From NCBI GenBank assembly GCA_032718475.1, contig JAUCBJ010003170.1, positions 1 to 64,000 of the forward strand: a stretch of DNA of 64,000 bases. Direction: 5' to 3'. Numbering within the stretch: position 1 is the stretch's first letter; every line of letters begins with the position of its first letter. The position numbers were made by a program, and so were the translations under genes. Below are positions 61,682 to 64,000 of the stretch, piece by piece. Under the pieces are notes generated by a model that worked only from the letters and a program-made list of their open reading frames with translations, searched no databases and had not been told where the DNA came from. This DNA is from Nemertoderma westbladi. Its lineage: Eukaryota; Animalia; Xenacoelomorpha.

Positions 61682-64000
61682 TATATATACTACTACAACC
61701 CAGTTACTACACTGCCACATAATATATACTACTACAACACAGTTACTACAATACTACCACATAATATATACTACTACAACACAGTTAATACACTACCACA
61801 TAATATATACTACTACAACACAGTTACTACACTACCACATAATATATACTACTACAACACAGTTACAACAATACTACCACATAATATATACTACTACAAC
61901 ACAGTTACTACAATACTACCACATAATATATACTACTACAACCCAGTTACTACAATTATACCCCATGATATATACTACTACAACACAGTTACTACAATAC
62001 TACCACATAATATATACTACTACAACACAGTTAATACTCTACCACATAATATATACTACTACAACACAGTTACTACACTACCACATAATATATACTACTA
62101 CAACACAGTTACTACACTATCACATAATATATACTACTACAACACAGTTACTACACTACCACATAATATACACTACTACAACCCAGTTACTACAATTCTA
62201 CCCCATAATATATACTACTACAACACAGTTACTACACTACCACATAATATACACTACTACAACACAGTTACTACACTACCACATAATATACACTACTACA
62301 ACACAGTTACTACACTACCACATAATATATACACTACTACAACCCAGTTACTACAAATCTACCACATAATATACACTACTACAACACAGTTACTACACTA
62401 CCACATAATATATACTACTACAACACAGTTACTACACTACCACATAATATATACTACTACAACACAGTTACTACACTACCACATAATATATACTACTACA
62501 ACACAGTTACTACACTACCACATAATATATACTACTACAACCCAGTTACTACAATTATACCTCATAATATATACTACTACAACACAGTTACTACAATTCT
62601 ACCACATAATATATACTACTACAACACAGTTACTACAATTATTCCCCATAATATATACTACTACAACACTTACTACAATTCTACCCCATAATATATACTA
62701 CTACAACACTGTATAATAGATATACTACTACAATACTACCACATAATATATACTACTACAACACAGTTACACAATCTATCGCATGATATATACTACTACA
62801 ATACTACCACATAATATATACTACTACAACACAGTTACTACATCTACCACATAATATACACTACTACAACACAGTTACTACACTACCACATAATATATAC
62901 TACTACAACCCAGTTACTACAATTCTACCACATAATATATACTACTACAACACAGTTACTACAATTATACCCCATAATATATACTACTACAACACTTACT
63001 ACAATTCTACCCCATAATATATACTACTACAACACTGTATAATAGATATACTACTACAATACTACCACATAATATATACTACTACAACACAGTTACAACA
63101 ATACTATCGCATGATATATACTACTACAATACTACCACATAATATATACTACTACAACACAGTTACTACAAATCTACCACATAATATACACTACTACAAC
63201 ACAGTTACTACACTACCACATAATATATACTACTACAACCCAGTTACTACAATTATACCCCATAATATATACTATTACAACACAGTTACTACAATTATAC
63301 CCCATAATATATACTACTACAACACTTACTACAATTCTACCCCATAATATATACTACTACAACACTGTATAATAGATATACTACTACAATACTACCACAT
63401 AATATATACTACAACAACACAGTTACAACAATACTATCGCATGATATATACTACTACAATACTACCACATAATATACACTACTACAACACAGTTACTATA
63501 CTACCACATAATATATACTACTACAACACAGTTACTACACTACCACATAATATATACTACTACAACACAGTTACTACACTATCACATAATATATACTACT
63601 ACAACACAGTTACTACACTACCACATAATATATACTACTACAACACAGTTACTACACTATCACATAATATATACTACTACAACACAGTTACTACACTACC
63701 ACATAATATATACTACTACAACACAGTTACTACACTACCACATAATATATACTACTACAACCCAGTTACTACAATTCTACCACATAATATATACTACTAC
63801 AACCCAGTTACTACAATTATACCCTATAATATATACTACTACAACACGGTTACTACACTACCACATAATATATACTACTACAACCCAGTTACTACAATTA
63901 TACCCCATAATATATACTACTACAACACAGTTACTACACTACCACATAATATATACTACTACAACACAGTTACTACAATTATACCCCATAATATATACTA
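61682..64000. repeat. AT-rich minisatellite of about 39-42 bp (ATAATATATACTACTACAACACAGTTACTACACTACCAC), runs off the window end
   Basis: Directly visible; explains the HNIYYYNTVTTLP repeat ORFs. Confidence 0.95.

Overview
AT-rich, intron-containing eukaryotic (animal-like) genomic DNA, not prokaryotic. Genes: intronless SART1 (1213-3459, -) and intronless ZBBX (6415-8190, -), the latter head-to-head across an RFX X-box with a 5-exon tectonic gene of about 1081 aa (9285-18523, +). Two 3-exon histamine N-methyltransferase-like paralogues are nested: one antisense in tectonic intron 2, one same-strand in the 15.6-kb intron of a divergent ferritin that has lost several ferroxidase ligands. A large uncharacterised multi-exon gene with a probable EF-hand-like C-terminal part (42266 to beyond 58001, +) follows. 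Around them are MITEs of several superfamilies, a tRNA-derived SINE, a decayed LINE, a Gypsy integrase relic and minisatellites. Most notable: (1) the roughly 10-kb 33-bp array at 48-57.5 kb is an amplified exon/intron junction, with most of its roughly 280 units carrying an AG|GTTAGT splice-donor motif and a duplicated exon embedded in it; (2) both HNMT-like paralogues appear to need non-canonical donors (GG-AG and GA-AG) at intron 2; (3) a roughly 400-nt candidate structured ncRNA at 4.5-4.9 kb. All exon models were built by hand from splice signals, frame and remembered family motifs; no database search was run.
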